Part shown: positions 34,656 to 45,986 of the stretch, piece after piece
Numbering within the stretch: the first letter of the stretch is position 1
Layout of the letters: each line of letters begins with the position of its first letter
Source of the DNA: Saprolegnia diclina VS20
Lineage: Eukaryota
Assembly (NCBI RefSeq): GCF_000281045.1
Contig: NW_008246085.1
Location: forward strand, 37,888 to 101,887
DNA length: 64,000 bases
Reading direction: 5' to 3'
Notes under the pieces: generated by a model
Databases searched by the model: none
Told to the model about the DNA's origin: nothing
Seen by the model: the letters and a program-made list of their open reading frames with translations, nothing else
Program-made: the position numbers and the translations under genes

Positions 34656-35721
34656 TTATCGGCGGCGCAGCTCGGCGGCGTGGAGACGCCGAGCGTAGGC
34701 AGCGTCGGCCGCCTCCATACGACGTCGGTCATTCGACGCGGTCGATGCAGTCGCGCGGTGGCCGGACGCGCCGCTGCGGTACGCATAGCGCTGCGGTGCA
34801 ACGTTGAGGCGCCACGTCGGACAGCTCACGTAGAGATAGCCTACAACCTGTCGCGACCTCCTCCCTGCCTTCAAAGGCGAATACCAGCGAGGATTCCTGC
34901 GAGGTGGCCGAGAAACGACGACTGCGGGACAGCGACGTGCAAGTACAAGAGCTCGACCCACGCAAGGTACTTGGTGGGTAGCGCCAGCCCCATCCAGTGC
35001 GAGCGCGCCGGTGACGACGTGTTGAGGACCACCTACGTCTCGCGTGCGATCTCGAAGTCGACCCTGCGTCAAGGACCTTGAGAGCAAAGAGGACGCCCGA
35101 GAAGCCGATGGAGCACTGGCGCAGCGGCCACTACACATCACAAACTGCATATCCAAGATGCATGCAATGCGTACGTTCGAGTCGGTGGCCGTCGCCCATA
35201 CGTAGGCCGCTGCGACGGTGATGCCTTGGGCGAGAACGAGCAGCGTCGCCAGCAGCTGCAGAAAGTGCGCACTGCCAAGCGCGCCTTCGAGCTGGACACC
35301 CTTCCAGAGGAGCGACGCGCTATACATGGACATGCGGCGAACGCGATTGCGCAGAATGTACAGGTTGTGGTACAGGTGCCACGCATCCGAGTGCAGAAAG
35401 GCCGAGACGAGGAGCCTCGGCAGGCTCTTTGTTCACAGAATGATCGCCGGACAGCTAGCATTAGCGTGTCAGTATGGCGTCGAGGTAGAGACGACGTACA
35501 GAGCGTAGTGCGCTGCCGTCGGTATGCTCGGGCTTGTCCCGCGGAAGACAAAGAGCCATGTCATCGCACCTACGCACGTCCATCCTGGCATTGTACGCAC
35601 AAGGCGACGGCGCACCCACCAAGACGAGGGTCACAGGCGGCTTGCGCTCGAGGGCCTGGACCTGCCCCGCGAGCCGCAGTAGCAGCACGACGAGCATTGG
35701 GTCGGCGCGGGCCCGCCGCAT
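34656..35721 (-). CDS. Rhomboid-family intramembrane serine protease (RHBDD1-like)
   Basis: ATG 35721; KPPVTL, AFLH.D.WHLYHN, SLLWKG..LE, catalytic GFSGVLFALK, WVEL, SFLGHLAGILAG; several short introns. Confidence 0.85.
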
Positions 35722-35830
35722 CTTGGCAACGGTTGCTGTACGGATATTCCGACCAGCTGGGTCCGGTTGAAGGTCGTGTTCTCTCCGGTGGGCCAGGAGA
35801 TCAGACGCAAGATCATCACGTGCCGGTACG

Positions 35831-38800
35831 ATGAAGGCGTCGCGTCGGCAGAGCAGCTCGCAGCGAAGCACGAAGCGACTGCAAGCGTCGTACAAGCTCA
35901 CGGTCCATGGGCCCGAGTATGGCACGGGGGAAGAGCTCGTGATCAACCCGGAAGCCTTCCCGGATGCCAAGGTACTACTACTACATCGACATGATGCGAC
36001 TGGCGAATCCGCCTATGCTGCATGTAGGTGCACGACCTCTGGGAGATCTCGCAGCCCGACCGCGAACACCCGCGTCTCGTCATGCAGATCCGGTCGCTCG
36101 CGCCTATCCGCGGCAAATTCCAAGTTGAAGGCAACCGCGTGGCCTCCGCTCATGCATGACGTATCTAGATTAGCATCTTGAAGGACATTGCAGCGCAGTT
36201 CCAGCTCGACACATACCACGAAGTCGTCGTGCAGGTAGCAAGCCATCTACGCCTTCGCACCTCGCTACCTGCGCCACGTAGAAAATCGAGCCCACGGACG
36301 CGACCGTCGACTTCATCGAGCTCTCGTTCAAGGACCAGTTCATGTCGCGCGCCGATATCTGGCGCTACAAGGCACGAGCCTCTTCCATCGGCGAGGCCAT
36401 GACAGACATATCGTAGGTCGCCATGATCGGCCGCTGCATGTACGCGGGCAAGATGTACGAGACGTTGGGCACGCGTGCGCAGGTGCATAGTCGTCTCGCA
36501 TGTACACCGTCCCAATACGGAGGCTGAGTAGGCCGAGATGCTCTTGGCGAATGAAAAGACTGTGCTCTGCGGCGTCATGGCCAGCCACACCAAGCTCATT
36601 CTCCGCTCCAAGTCGTCGCGCATCTTTTGGCTCATCCACATGAGCCGTGAGATGTGGGACTTTGACGACGACGGCGAAATGTACTTTGAGAAGCTCGTGA
36701 ACCGCCTGGTTCGGGTAGGTTTCTATCTCAGAACTTATTGCGACTACATGCGCGTAGGGCCTCGTCGCCAAGTGGCAGGAAACCTCGGTGAGCCACTCGG
36801 TGACCGTCCTCATGTTCTCGCGGAGTTACTACGAGAAGGACCAGTTTCCCAACGACTTTGACCCGACAGCCTATGCGTTTGCGAACGAGTGCCAATCGCA
36901 GGGCTTTGGACCGGGCGTGGCGGCGGCCCACATGGCGTCCGGGCACGGTCCGTCGATCAACGTCGACTGCGAAGGCCGCTACTATGAAGATTTCTACAGT
37001 GTGATCGTCCAAGACTACACGGGCCCGGACTGGTCCCAGCTCTTCAAGGTCCTCAAGCGCGAGTTTGCGACGTATGCGCAGCAGCACCGGTGGCGGCTGC
37101 CCCAAGACACACAGCACGCCAAGTATGAAGTCCGTCGCGTCGACGACCCGGTGACAAACGCGCCCTCCTTTGGTACGCGCTTGTGATGACGCTTTCTATC
37201 AATGTATCGAGAAACATTGGGTAGCGGTGCAGTGGACAGCGCTCCCGCACGGCGTTCCGGCGCGCGCGATCGACGGCAACATGCTCGAAGCCATCAATGT
37301 GACGCTCAACATCTTTGACAAGCACTACATGGACCGCGATCTCTACCGCGCCGGCCAAGGCATCGTCATGATCACGGCGGGCTGCAGCGTCTACAAGGCA
37401 AGACTCAGAGTCTTCTCCAGTCCAGCTCATTTGTGAGTAGGTTCGGCAGCGCCTCGCGCAGATCACCAAGCAGCGCATGATGGACACGGGCGTCGGCATG
37501 GACATGATCTCGCTCACCAAGCCGCCGATGCACCCGGTGCCGCTTTTCATTTGGCAAAAAAAGTGTGCGACGGACCTCCCGACCGTCACGAGCTCGCCTC
37601 TTTTCTGTGTGGCGGAGGACCAAAGCATTCCGCTCGCACCGCTCTCGCCAACCCTGCCAGCCGCGCCAACGCCCCCAGCGACGATGGATGCGTCGACGTA
37701 CAACGTGCCGCACTGGATCAACGTGAGCTTCCTCGACTTTGACTGCACCTGCGGCGCCGCGAAGAAGAGTCTCCTGCGCTGCGCCTGCCTCGACGCGCAA
37801 AACGACGCGTTCCACGCACTCCCGGCGTCGCGTATGTTTGACATCATCGCCCCCGAAGCGTGCATGGTGTTTCCCGTCGCGCTTCGCAAGCTCTTGGCGC
37901 CGTCATTGCCGTCACCGCGGGCGTCATCGCGGGCGCCGACCCGCGGCGCGATCTTGTCGCAGCTCACGCGGCTTCACACGCCGGCGTCGTGGAGCATCGA
38001 GAAGGCGCCGGCCCACATGCACGAGTGGTGGCTCCAGCCGCACATGTCAACGCGCGATCTGCTCGCCGAGTACGACGATACCGTGTTTGACTTGAGCGAG
38101 ATGATGGCGCCCAAGCCAACGACGTACGGAAAGCGGCCGTCGATCGTGTACTTGGACATGCAAGCCAGCCCGGGACTACCGCCGATGATGACGCCGTCCT
38201 TTGCGCGGCGCATCACGAGCATGCACAATCTCCAGCGCCACAACAGCGGCGCGACGCCCAACCGCAGTGCGGCCACGTCGCTCAGCCGGAGCTTCCCCAA
38301 GACGCCCGACTTTGGCCCGCGGAGCCCGCTCATGGACGGGAGCCCGACCGAGTCGGAGCAGCCCAACGTCGTCTCGTCGTTGGACCTCGGCACGTCGATG
38401 GACTCGAGCTTGAGCTTGATGAAGCACCGGAGCATGACGGACTTCCTCGTGAGTCCCCGCAGCCGCATCTCGTCGACCGAGCTTCCGCAGGCGTCGTCGT
38501 CGCCCAGTACAAAGCCAGTCCGCGTGAGTCCGCCAACGCACATGAACCCGTTCCAGCTCAACGAGTGTTCGACGCGGCTGACGTCGAACCGGCGGCGCTG
38601 GAGCCACATTTTTCCGTGGAGTCAGTCGGAGCACTGGATCTCGGGCCCCAATTGGAAGTCGCTCGTGAACCCCGCGGTGCTGCCGCTCACGACCGACTAC
38701 TACCCGGCGCCGAACGAGCTCCATACAAGCTACACCGAGTCATTTTACACGCTCATGCTGCTCGAGAACAGCTCGAGCTTGAGCACGCACCAACTGCTCG

Positions 38801-40044
38801 TCGAGATGGTGTGCCAGCGGCTCTCGTGCGACTACCAGCTCGTGACGCTCCATGACGACGACATCAAGGTCGACGTGCCGACAGTCTACCACCTCTCCAT
38901 GGGCCACCGCATCCACGTCCTCAACTACGACGAGCAGCAGCAATCGATTGATGTCAAGTGCTACTTCAAACGGCCCAAGACGTACGCTGCGTCCAACGAG
39001 CCCGTCGTGTACCAGTACTCGCTCTACAATGGCCTCACCAAGACGTTCCAGAAGGAGCAGCAAGCGTTCTACGAGCTCCCGCACCCCCAAGACAACTGGA
39101 ACACGACCGACAACCTCTTGTCCGGGTACGTTGACACGATGCCGGACAGCTCCAAGTGCCGGCGCATCCGCTTTGTCATCGTGCCCCCGATTGGCATTGC
39201 GACCACATTCGACGAAGCCGCGTACTTTGCCAAGTTTCAAAAAGTCGTCGATTTCTTCCAGTCCAAAGTCGGAAAGGACGACCTTGTCAACGTGACGCTC
39301 CAAACATCGAGTGACGCGTCGAAAGCGGCGTCCAATGAACCGGGGGCGCCGAAGAAGGCGACGGCCCGCGCCTACTACCGCGTCAACTGCAGCACGTCCG
39401 CGCGCTTGGACGTCGACTGCCGAAGCGAGTGGCTCATGCTGCTCCTCGACCAAGTCCACGACGTCGGGTCGACGTACCATGTGGACGTGCGCTGGCTTGC
39501 GTGCAGCGGGTCGGTCGTCGAGGACTTCATCTCGGGGCTTCGGCGCAAGTGCAAGCAAGCCGGCGTCGAGCTGCGGCGCATTCCCGAGTACACGCAGGTA
39601 CATTATCTCCAAGTCCACCCGTTTCTGTCGCCGATGCTGCTGCCGTTCCCGCTCGCAAGCATGCGCGGGTGTGCGCTGCGGGCGACGGACGAGATCCACA
39701 CGCAGCTCGTGCTGCTCGGCTTCATCCGCGACGGCGCCCACGTCGCAGGCTCGGCCGGCATTGGGTACGGCCTCGGCATTGAGCAGCGCAAGCCGCGCCA
39801 GCCAGTTCTGCGCAAGTCGTCGAGTTATGTCTCCAAGCTCGACCAGTGGAAGGAGCGCGGGTACGAGCAGTACATGCACCGGAGCGCGCCCGTCTTCCTC
39901 CGTGTGCTCCACGACGCACTGGTGTGGATCCCGAGCTACGCGTACGAGACGCCGTTTGAACTGACGCCCGACGTGCTCTTCACCAAGGTCTGCCAGTGGA
40001 TGCACAAGTCCCTCGAGCGCAAAATGCGGTCCGACAGCGCCTAA
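35831..40044 (+). CDS. DEPDC5: GATOR1 subunit DEPDC5/Iml1
   Basis: L.VH...[32 protein letters not shown]....I.MS.EMWDFD.DGE.YFEK, YEDFY, GN.LEAIN..LN.F...[26 protein letters not shown]...QRL, QYMH; many introns in the 5' half. Confidence 0.93.
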
Positions 40045-40282
40045 CGTAGCTAAGCCAAAGTCCACTCCTGCTTGATAAATATCGGACTTGTACTTGGCTG
40101 GTACAGCGCCACCGTAAGGAGGGCATTTGAGTCGACGGAGTGAGCGCTTTCTCTGGGAGACAAATGCGATAGTTGTGGGTTCGGAGAAGATAACAAATTG
40201 TGGCGTCTGAAACGAATATATTTGTTGGGCTTGATGTATGCCCTGGATTGGTTGGAGACTTAGGGACTAAGCTTTTGAAAAT

Positions 40283-40366
40283 CAAGTTCTCAGAGAAAGA
40301 AACTCCGCAATTTTAGTTAGGAAGAACGAAAGTTATATAGATAGGTTTTTCTCATCCTAGAACTTG
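40283..40366 (-). ncRNA. Box C/D snoRNA, snR54/SNORD59-like (18S rRNA guide)
   Basis: Terminal stem CAAGTTCT/AGAACTTG, variant box C AGGATGA, guide AACTTTCGTTCTT complementary to SSU AAGAACGAAAGUU, box D CTGA. Confidence 0.85.
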
Positions 40367-40383
40367 GTCGATATAGATGTACA

Positions 40384-40524
40384 TAGGGGCATATTTGTTT
40401 CAGACGTAAAATAGCAAGGTTATGCTCAGCGGGCCCGGCGGACGCTACAGCGAGTAGCGTACGTCGGGCTCTCATACAAGAGGTGTCAGAAATCTAGCTA
40501 ATCATCACAAAAGATATGCCCCTA
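40384..40524 (-). ncRNA. Box C/D snoRNA, snR48/SNORD60-like (LSU rRNA guide)
   Basis: Box C GTGATGA (40502-40508), guide TTTCTGACACCTCTTG before D' ATGA complementary to LSU CAAGAGGUGUCAGAAA, box D CTGA (40400-40403), flanking stem TAGGGGCATAT/ATATGCCCCTA. Confidence 0.88.
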
Positions 40525-40556
40525 ACAGCTAAAGTACATAAACACTAGGTTGCGTG

Positions 40557-40628
40557 TTCCTCAGAAACAGCCAAATTCTCCGCATTGATTGCTCAGCCGG
40601 TAATTCCAAATTTGAATCATCATAGGAA
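40557..40628 (-). ncRNA. Box C/D snoRNA, snR77/SNORD65-like (18S rRNA guide)
   Basis: Minus strand: TTCCT-ATGATGA (box C)...TTGGAATTACCG-G-CTGA (D')...CTGA-GGAA (box D, terminal stem). Guide is complementary to the conserved SSU sequence CGGUAAUUCCA. Confidence 0.9.
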
Positions 40629-40647
40629 GCTCTTGTCACTAGACTAC

Positions 40648-40840
40648 CAATTCAAAACTGAGCTTCGACAGAGCGGGCTCGTTCGCTGCGGCTGCTGGCC
40701 AATCGTCGGCATTGCCAGACGGTGATTGGCTGGCACTTTTGACACCTTTTGACATGCATGCGGATTGGCTACGAATTTTGAGCGTTGACCAATGAAAACG
40801 ACATTTATGCGACCTTTCAACTGTCGGCACCAGCCAATGA
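40648..40840 (-). promoter_or_regulatory. Promoter of the snoRNA cluster: Inr/FPR-like element plus five CCAAT boxes
   Basis: Minus-strand GCTCAGTTTTGAATTG (40648-40663) resembles the oomycete Inr+FPR consensus; CCAAT/ATTGG at ~40699, 40725, 40764, 40789, 40834; no protein-coding start nearby. Confidence 0.6.
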
Positions 40841-41827
40841 AATGGCTTCGTCGATCGCTGCCAGGGAAACCCTGCTACTGCCCTGATCCTTCGCGATGCC
40901 GAGTCTTTTGAATGGGTCGGACGCGTCCATTTGTCAGCATCGATGGCAAAGCGCTTTGCTAGTGCGCGAGGGCTCAACTTCTTCCTATAGCCCTACGAAG
41001 CCATTCATTGCACATTAGGATCGAGCTAACTAGGGCAAAGTCCTTGGTGTGATGCTGGGATTTACGTCGCTCAGTCGTCGACCGCATTCGTGTCGGTAGC
41101 TAATGGCGTTAATATGTTCGTTGTGGTCAAGACGGAGGGTCATTTCAGTAGACGTTGGTCCAGCAGGTAGAGCTATATTCCTGATCGTGCCTCATAATCA
41201 AGCGAGTGTACATCCGGCAAAAGCGAACCACGTACGAGCCAACATCAACGCTTTGCCACATGTGCACAGCTAAGACACTCGCTGTTGGAATACGTTCTTG
41301 ACACCACGATTACGATCTTAGTTTCGCACTGAACCAGAGACGTAACCCTTCCACCCGTACTAGCATAGTAGCAATCGATTGTTTTCACTGACGGTAGAGG
41401 TCCCGACGACGCTTGCGCTTGGGACTCTCGGCGTCGATGAATCCATTTAGTCAGTTGGAAATGGTCCACGCCCGCCCTATATTGATCTTCAATCGTCCAC
41501 TTGCCGCTGCATATATATTATGCAACGCGGAGAGCAATATATATTTGCCCAGCGGCGCGTCGATGGGACGGTGGTGGTGTCTGCAGTGTCGTGTCGTGTT
41601 CGACAGCCGAATGTTCCGTCGAACGTCGACGTTTTATCAGCTTCGTCTCAAGTACTGTACCAACTTGATACGATGCGCAGTGAGACAGAAACGAGAATAT
41701 CCCGGCCATCGGGCAAGAGGACGACCGCCAGAACGGCAATCGGGATCGCCACAAAGACATGCTACGCTAGCGCGTCTATGGCGCGACGCGTGGCACGACG
41801 GTGGGTCATTCTGCTACTGGCGCCGCC

Positions 41828-44081
41828 ATGACCAAGACAGCTGCTGCAGCGCGCGAGCCCGAGGCAGAGGCCTCGCCCACCAAGGCCAAGGTGCCAGCCA
41901 AGGCCAAGCCTAGCAGCTTCAACTTGGTGTGGTACCTCGTGCCCGTGCTTTTTGCCATTGCTGCAGGGCTGTACTCGTTCCCGCTCGAGACAAACGACGA
42001 TGCGCTCGTCTTCTCCAAGGGCCCGCGCCAGCTCGCCGTCAACATGTCGGCGCCGCTGCCAGACAAGTACCGGAGCGATATCGTGCGCATCCAGACACGC
42101 AAGCTCCTTTCGCCCGACCCTGCGTGCGTGCCGCCGATGGCGCCCACCGACCGCGTGCATGTCACAGCGTACCTCGATCGCCCCGAGACGCTGCGCGCGC
42201 AAAAGTCTGTGCTGCTCTTGCTGAACGGCGAGAACGACGGCGTCGTCTTGCCGTGGGACGTGGCCGACGGCTGTTTGCACGCGCTAACGGCGTCGGCGGC
42301 GTTTGCGCTGGGCGTCGATGCCGACTACGCGGCCAACGGACTTCGCCTCCACAACAGCGACGGGCAGCAAATCGATACCGCGGCCGAGTTGGACCGCGAC
42401 CGCATCGTGTACATCCTTACCGACTTTCAGCTGTGGGTGTGGCCGGGCATCCAAGTCGGCTATGAGCGAACGGTGGACGGCATCACGCTCAAGACGCTCT
42501 CGTTGGCGCCGCTCGTGTTTGGCGTCGAAGACTTCTTCACGTCGGACGAAACCGAGTACGCGATCGAGCTCGGGTTGGAGCATTTGAGTCGGTCGCCGGT
42601 CGACAGCAAGGAAGCGCCGGACGGGTACCACGCCGACCGCACGAGCTTCACGGCGTTTCTCGACGACTCGCACTACACGCGCAACTTTCGCGCCCGAACG
42701 GCTGCGCTCGCGCGGCTGCCGTCGCCCGTCTACTGCGAACGCATGCAACTGCTGCGCTATCAGACCGGCCAGTTCTTCCGCCAGCACGAAGACTACTTCA
42801 GCTCCAAAGACTTTTTGCAGCAATCGGCGACCGCGGTCGCCGACTATGAGGCGTGGGCGAATTGGGCGGCTGCGACGATCGACGCGCTGCCCGAGAGCGT
42901 CCCCGTGCGTTTTCAACGCGGCCATCCGCTGTACCCGGTCGTGGCCGACACGAGTCGGTGGCAGCATGCGCTGTTGCAGCTCTTCTTGGACGAGGCCGCG
43001 GCCAATGGCTACTTTGCCACCGAGCACGTCTCGGACGTTGCGTGGCGCGACTGGATCCAGGAGAACGTTCAGAACAAGGCTGTCGACATCCTCAAGCAGC
43101 TTCTCGAGTCCAAGCCGTACATGCTCGATGGCATCATTGCCGCATGGGAAAAGCACATTGGGCTCCCCGCCCTCCACTACAAGTAGGACTTCCGCAGTGA
43201 GGCATAAGAGTCTCACGCCGCGTAGGGCGCCCAAGCACCCGCCGAGTGGCGTATCGCACTACTTTCGCTGGATCCGCTGGGCCAAGGAGCGCGTCGAGCA
43301 AGTCGGCGAGGATGCGCCGGTCGTCGTGCGCACGTACGGCCGCGACTACCCGACGTATCGCATGCAGTTCCAGACCACGGTATGACGTGGTCCGCTCGTG
43401 CTGCCACGTGTCTAAAGTGGCGTGTGTTTAGATGATCACGTACGTTTTGGAGGACTACACGCCTGCGGAAATCGATGCGGCGCTGGGCGCACCCAACATG
43501 GCGGCGTGGCTGGAAGAGAACAAGGACGCGACCGATGCCCTCCTCAACATTCTCCGTACCGCCCCCGCCATGTTTGACCTCGTTGTCGCGTCGTGGACCA
43601 AACGTGCGGGCGACGCTTTTGCCTACACGTACATTTTGTGCTCCGAGGACAACTTGTCTGATTTGCGTGCGTAGAAAACCGGTGCAGTTTCAGCACTTTG
43701 AGCCGAACCGGTTCGTGACGCTCTTTTTGTACCTCAACGACGTGCCCGAGGGCGGCGAGACCGTGTTCCCGTACTCCAAGGAGCGTTTGGTGACGGACAT
43801 TCAACGCGACGGCATGGCCGAGTGCTCCGAGGGCCTCGCGGTGCCGGCCCAGCGGCTCAAGGCCGCCTTCTTCTACGACCAGACGGGCCAGAACATTCTT
43901 GACCCGCTCAGCCTCCACGGCGGGTGCCCGCCTGCCCGAGGCACCAAGTGTACGAGCGCGTCCATTGGTCGATCGATTCTCCGAATGACTCATCTCTCGT
44001 TGTCGTGTAGTTGGCGCCAACCTCTTTACGTGGAACGCCGACGCCGACGAAGGCTCGAACGCGTGGGGCTTTGGCGGCTAG
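41828..44081 (+). CDS. Membrane-anchored prolyl 4-hydroxylase-like 2OG-Fe(II) dioxygenase (paralog 1)
   Basis: N-terminal TM; TLSLAPLVFGVEDFF, RTS.TAFL, E..QLLRY..GQFF..HEDYF (HxD), NRFVTLFLYLNDVPEGGETVFP, SLHGGCP, K..AN; introns near 43183-43225, 43380-43431, 43629-43674, 43950-44010. Confidence 0.88.
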
Positions 44082-44343
44082 AACTCGGTTGTCCGTGTGT
44101 TTGCATCTTGGTGTGTTCGACAAAGTACAGGGTACACACTTTTTTTGGTCCAAGCTAACACGCCACGAGCCGGTGTTCCTGGACGTGTTGGTGGGTCCTA
44201 CGCGACGCCTGTACGCAGCTCCTCGTACGATGAGCGATGAATGCTTCATGGTGGCAAATTGATACGTTGAAACTAGAAAGACGAGACGAGGGTCGCTCAC
44301 GTAGAATGCAAATGGAATAAATTAAGCGTCCTTGTGCGGGACC

Positions 44344-45597
44344 TTACAAAGCGACCAGAGCGTTTGACTCGGCGGCAGCTTGAAGCTTTGCAATGTACTC
44401 GCGGATCGTTTGGCCAGTTCCGATCGAGTTGCGCGAGTAGGCCTCCATGATGTACTTGGAGATCGGGACGGCCTCTTCCATCGTCTTGTACTCGGAGAGC
44501 GCGGGCTTGAGCTTCTGAAAGTGCTTGACGATCGTGGTCCCCGGGGACGTCGGCGACACCTCGACCGTTGTCCACGAGACTTCGTTTGTGACGGCGTGGC
44601 CGTCCTTCACGGGAAAGCACTCGTCTTCATGGATGCCCCGCGCCACAAAGACAGCGCGGCCGGGCACCTCCGTGTACTTTTTGATGAGGATGCGGCGCTC
44701 AATGACGCCAAGACCGTATGGACGCACGGCGGCCACGTACGCGACGTTGTCCTCCATGGCGGTGAGCGGCGCGTACGTACCGTGGACGCCGACGAGCTCG
44801 ACGACCCCGCGGAAGACGTCCCAGACACCGGCAGCAACGAGGTCGCATGGCGCGTCAAAATGCGCGCAGAGCGTCGTTTCGATCTCGAGCATGCCGTGCT
44901 CGAAGCGAGGCACGTGCCGGCGCTTGGGCGGCATGTCGACGTCGTCGAGGAGCCCGGCTTCGATGAACGCCGAGTCGACCTTTTCAAACTCGCGGTCTAG
45001 AATCGCGTGGATCGCCACCGACCGGATCGACGGGTCGGCCACCAGCTTCATCTGCTTCCACAGATCTTGTTGCTCGGTCGAGAGGTGGGCCAGCCGCGGC
45101 TTCTTGCGCACAATGTTGACGAGGCATTCGGCAAACTGCACTTGCTCCTCAATGGCCTCTTTGAGCTGCTTGTTCTCGAGCACCGACTCTTGCCCGCGCT
45201 TGCGCTCTTCTTTCGCGAGCTTTTCCCAGCGCGACGGCGGGTCCAGGAGCTCCCGCAGCTCGCGGCTCTGGTTCAGCGACACGAGCTGCGATTGGAGGTC
45301 GACGACCGCCTGCTTGAGATAGGCAAACTCGTTTTGGCGGCGCTTGCGGTGGCGCTGGACGGCCAGCTGCTGCTTGTTGACGGGCTTGGGCGGCGGCGGT
45401 GGCGTCTCGTCGGGCTCCGACTTGGTCGACGCGCTCGACGTGGGCGTCGAGCACATGGTCTCGAGGATCGCACGCTCCTCATGCGTAAAGTTGATGCTGC
45501 CCGTGGCCATGTTGAGGCTGTTGATGTAGTCGCCGTCCGGCGTCTCGAGGCTGCGGAGGAGCATCGCGCGGTACGTCGCGCTGTCCCCTTGGTTCAT
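44344..45597 (-). CDS. bZIP-like/START-like array member 1
   Basis: QRHRKRRQNEFAYLK zipper; WEKLAKEERKR..EN..LK..IEEQVQFAE.L...+RK.PRL; AFIEAGL; +KKY.E...R.VFV.R.I.EDE.FP; intronless. Confidence 0.85.
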   Translation of the reverse strand: MNQGDSATYRAMLLRSLETPDGDYINSLNMATGSINFTHEERAILETMCSTPTSSASTKSEPDETPPPPPKPVNKQQLAVQRHRKRRQNEFAYLKQAVVDLQSQLVSLNQSRELRELLDPPSRWEKLAKEERKRGQESVLENKQLKEAIEEQVQFAECLVNIVRKKPRLAHLSTEQQDLWKQMKLVADPSIRSVAIHAILDREFEKVDSAFIEAGLLDDVDMPPKRRHVPRFEHGMLEIETTLCAHFDAPCDLVAAGVWDVFRGVVELVGVHGTYAPLTAMEDNVAYVAAVRPYGLGVIERRILIKKYTEVPGRAVFVARGIHEDECFPVKDGHAVTNEVSWTTVEVSPTSPGTTIVKHFQKLKPALSEYKTMEEAVPISKYIMEAYSRNSIGTGQTIREYIAKLQAAAESNALVAL

Positions 45598-45986
45598 TTT
45601 GCCACCTTGGACTCTCTCTTCCGCAACCGAATGTGCTTTTGGGCAAACGGGCGAGATTGTCCTGATTTGAAATCGAAAAGTCCTACCGGATCACTTCAAC
45701 ATCCGAATCTCGACCAAACGCCAGTCCTCTCGCCTTGCTGCAAACGCCGGAAGGATCGATACCACCCGTGCACTCACAGGGTGTGTATCACCAGCTCCTA
45801 CCACCCGATGCCATGATTGCATGACGACGCACGTGTGGTCCTCGCGCGCCTGTCGTCCGCCGCCGCCGCATGCGCCACTCTTCCGCGTGATGTTGAAGTC
45901 GACGGCAAGTGCGTTATCGCGCTGCCACGTGGATGTGAAGGGACGACCATACATTTTGACATTGATGACGATAGAACATAAATTAG

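Noticed and set aside
40204..40524. Nested inverted repeats initially suggesting a MITE
   Set aside because: Two of the three inverted pairs are the terminal stems of box C/D snoRNAs; no target-site duplication is evident.
40860..41200. Possible further ncRNA (e.g. telomerase RNA) on the plus side of the CCAAT cluster
   Set aside because: Only a partial AAACCCT match; no full template or recognisable boxes.
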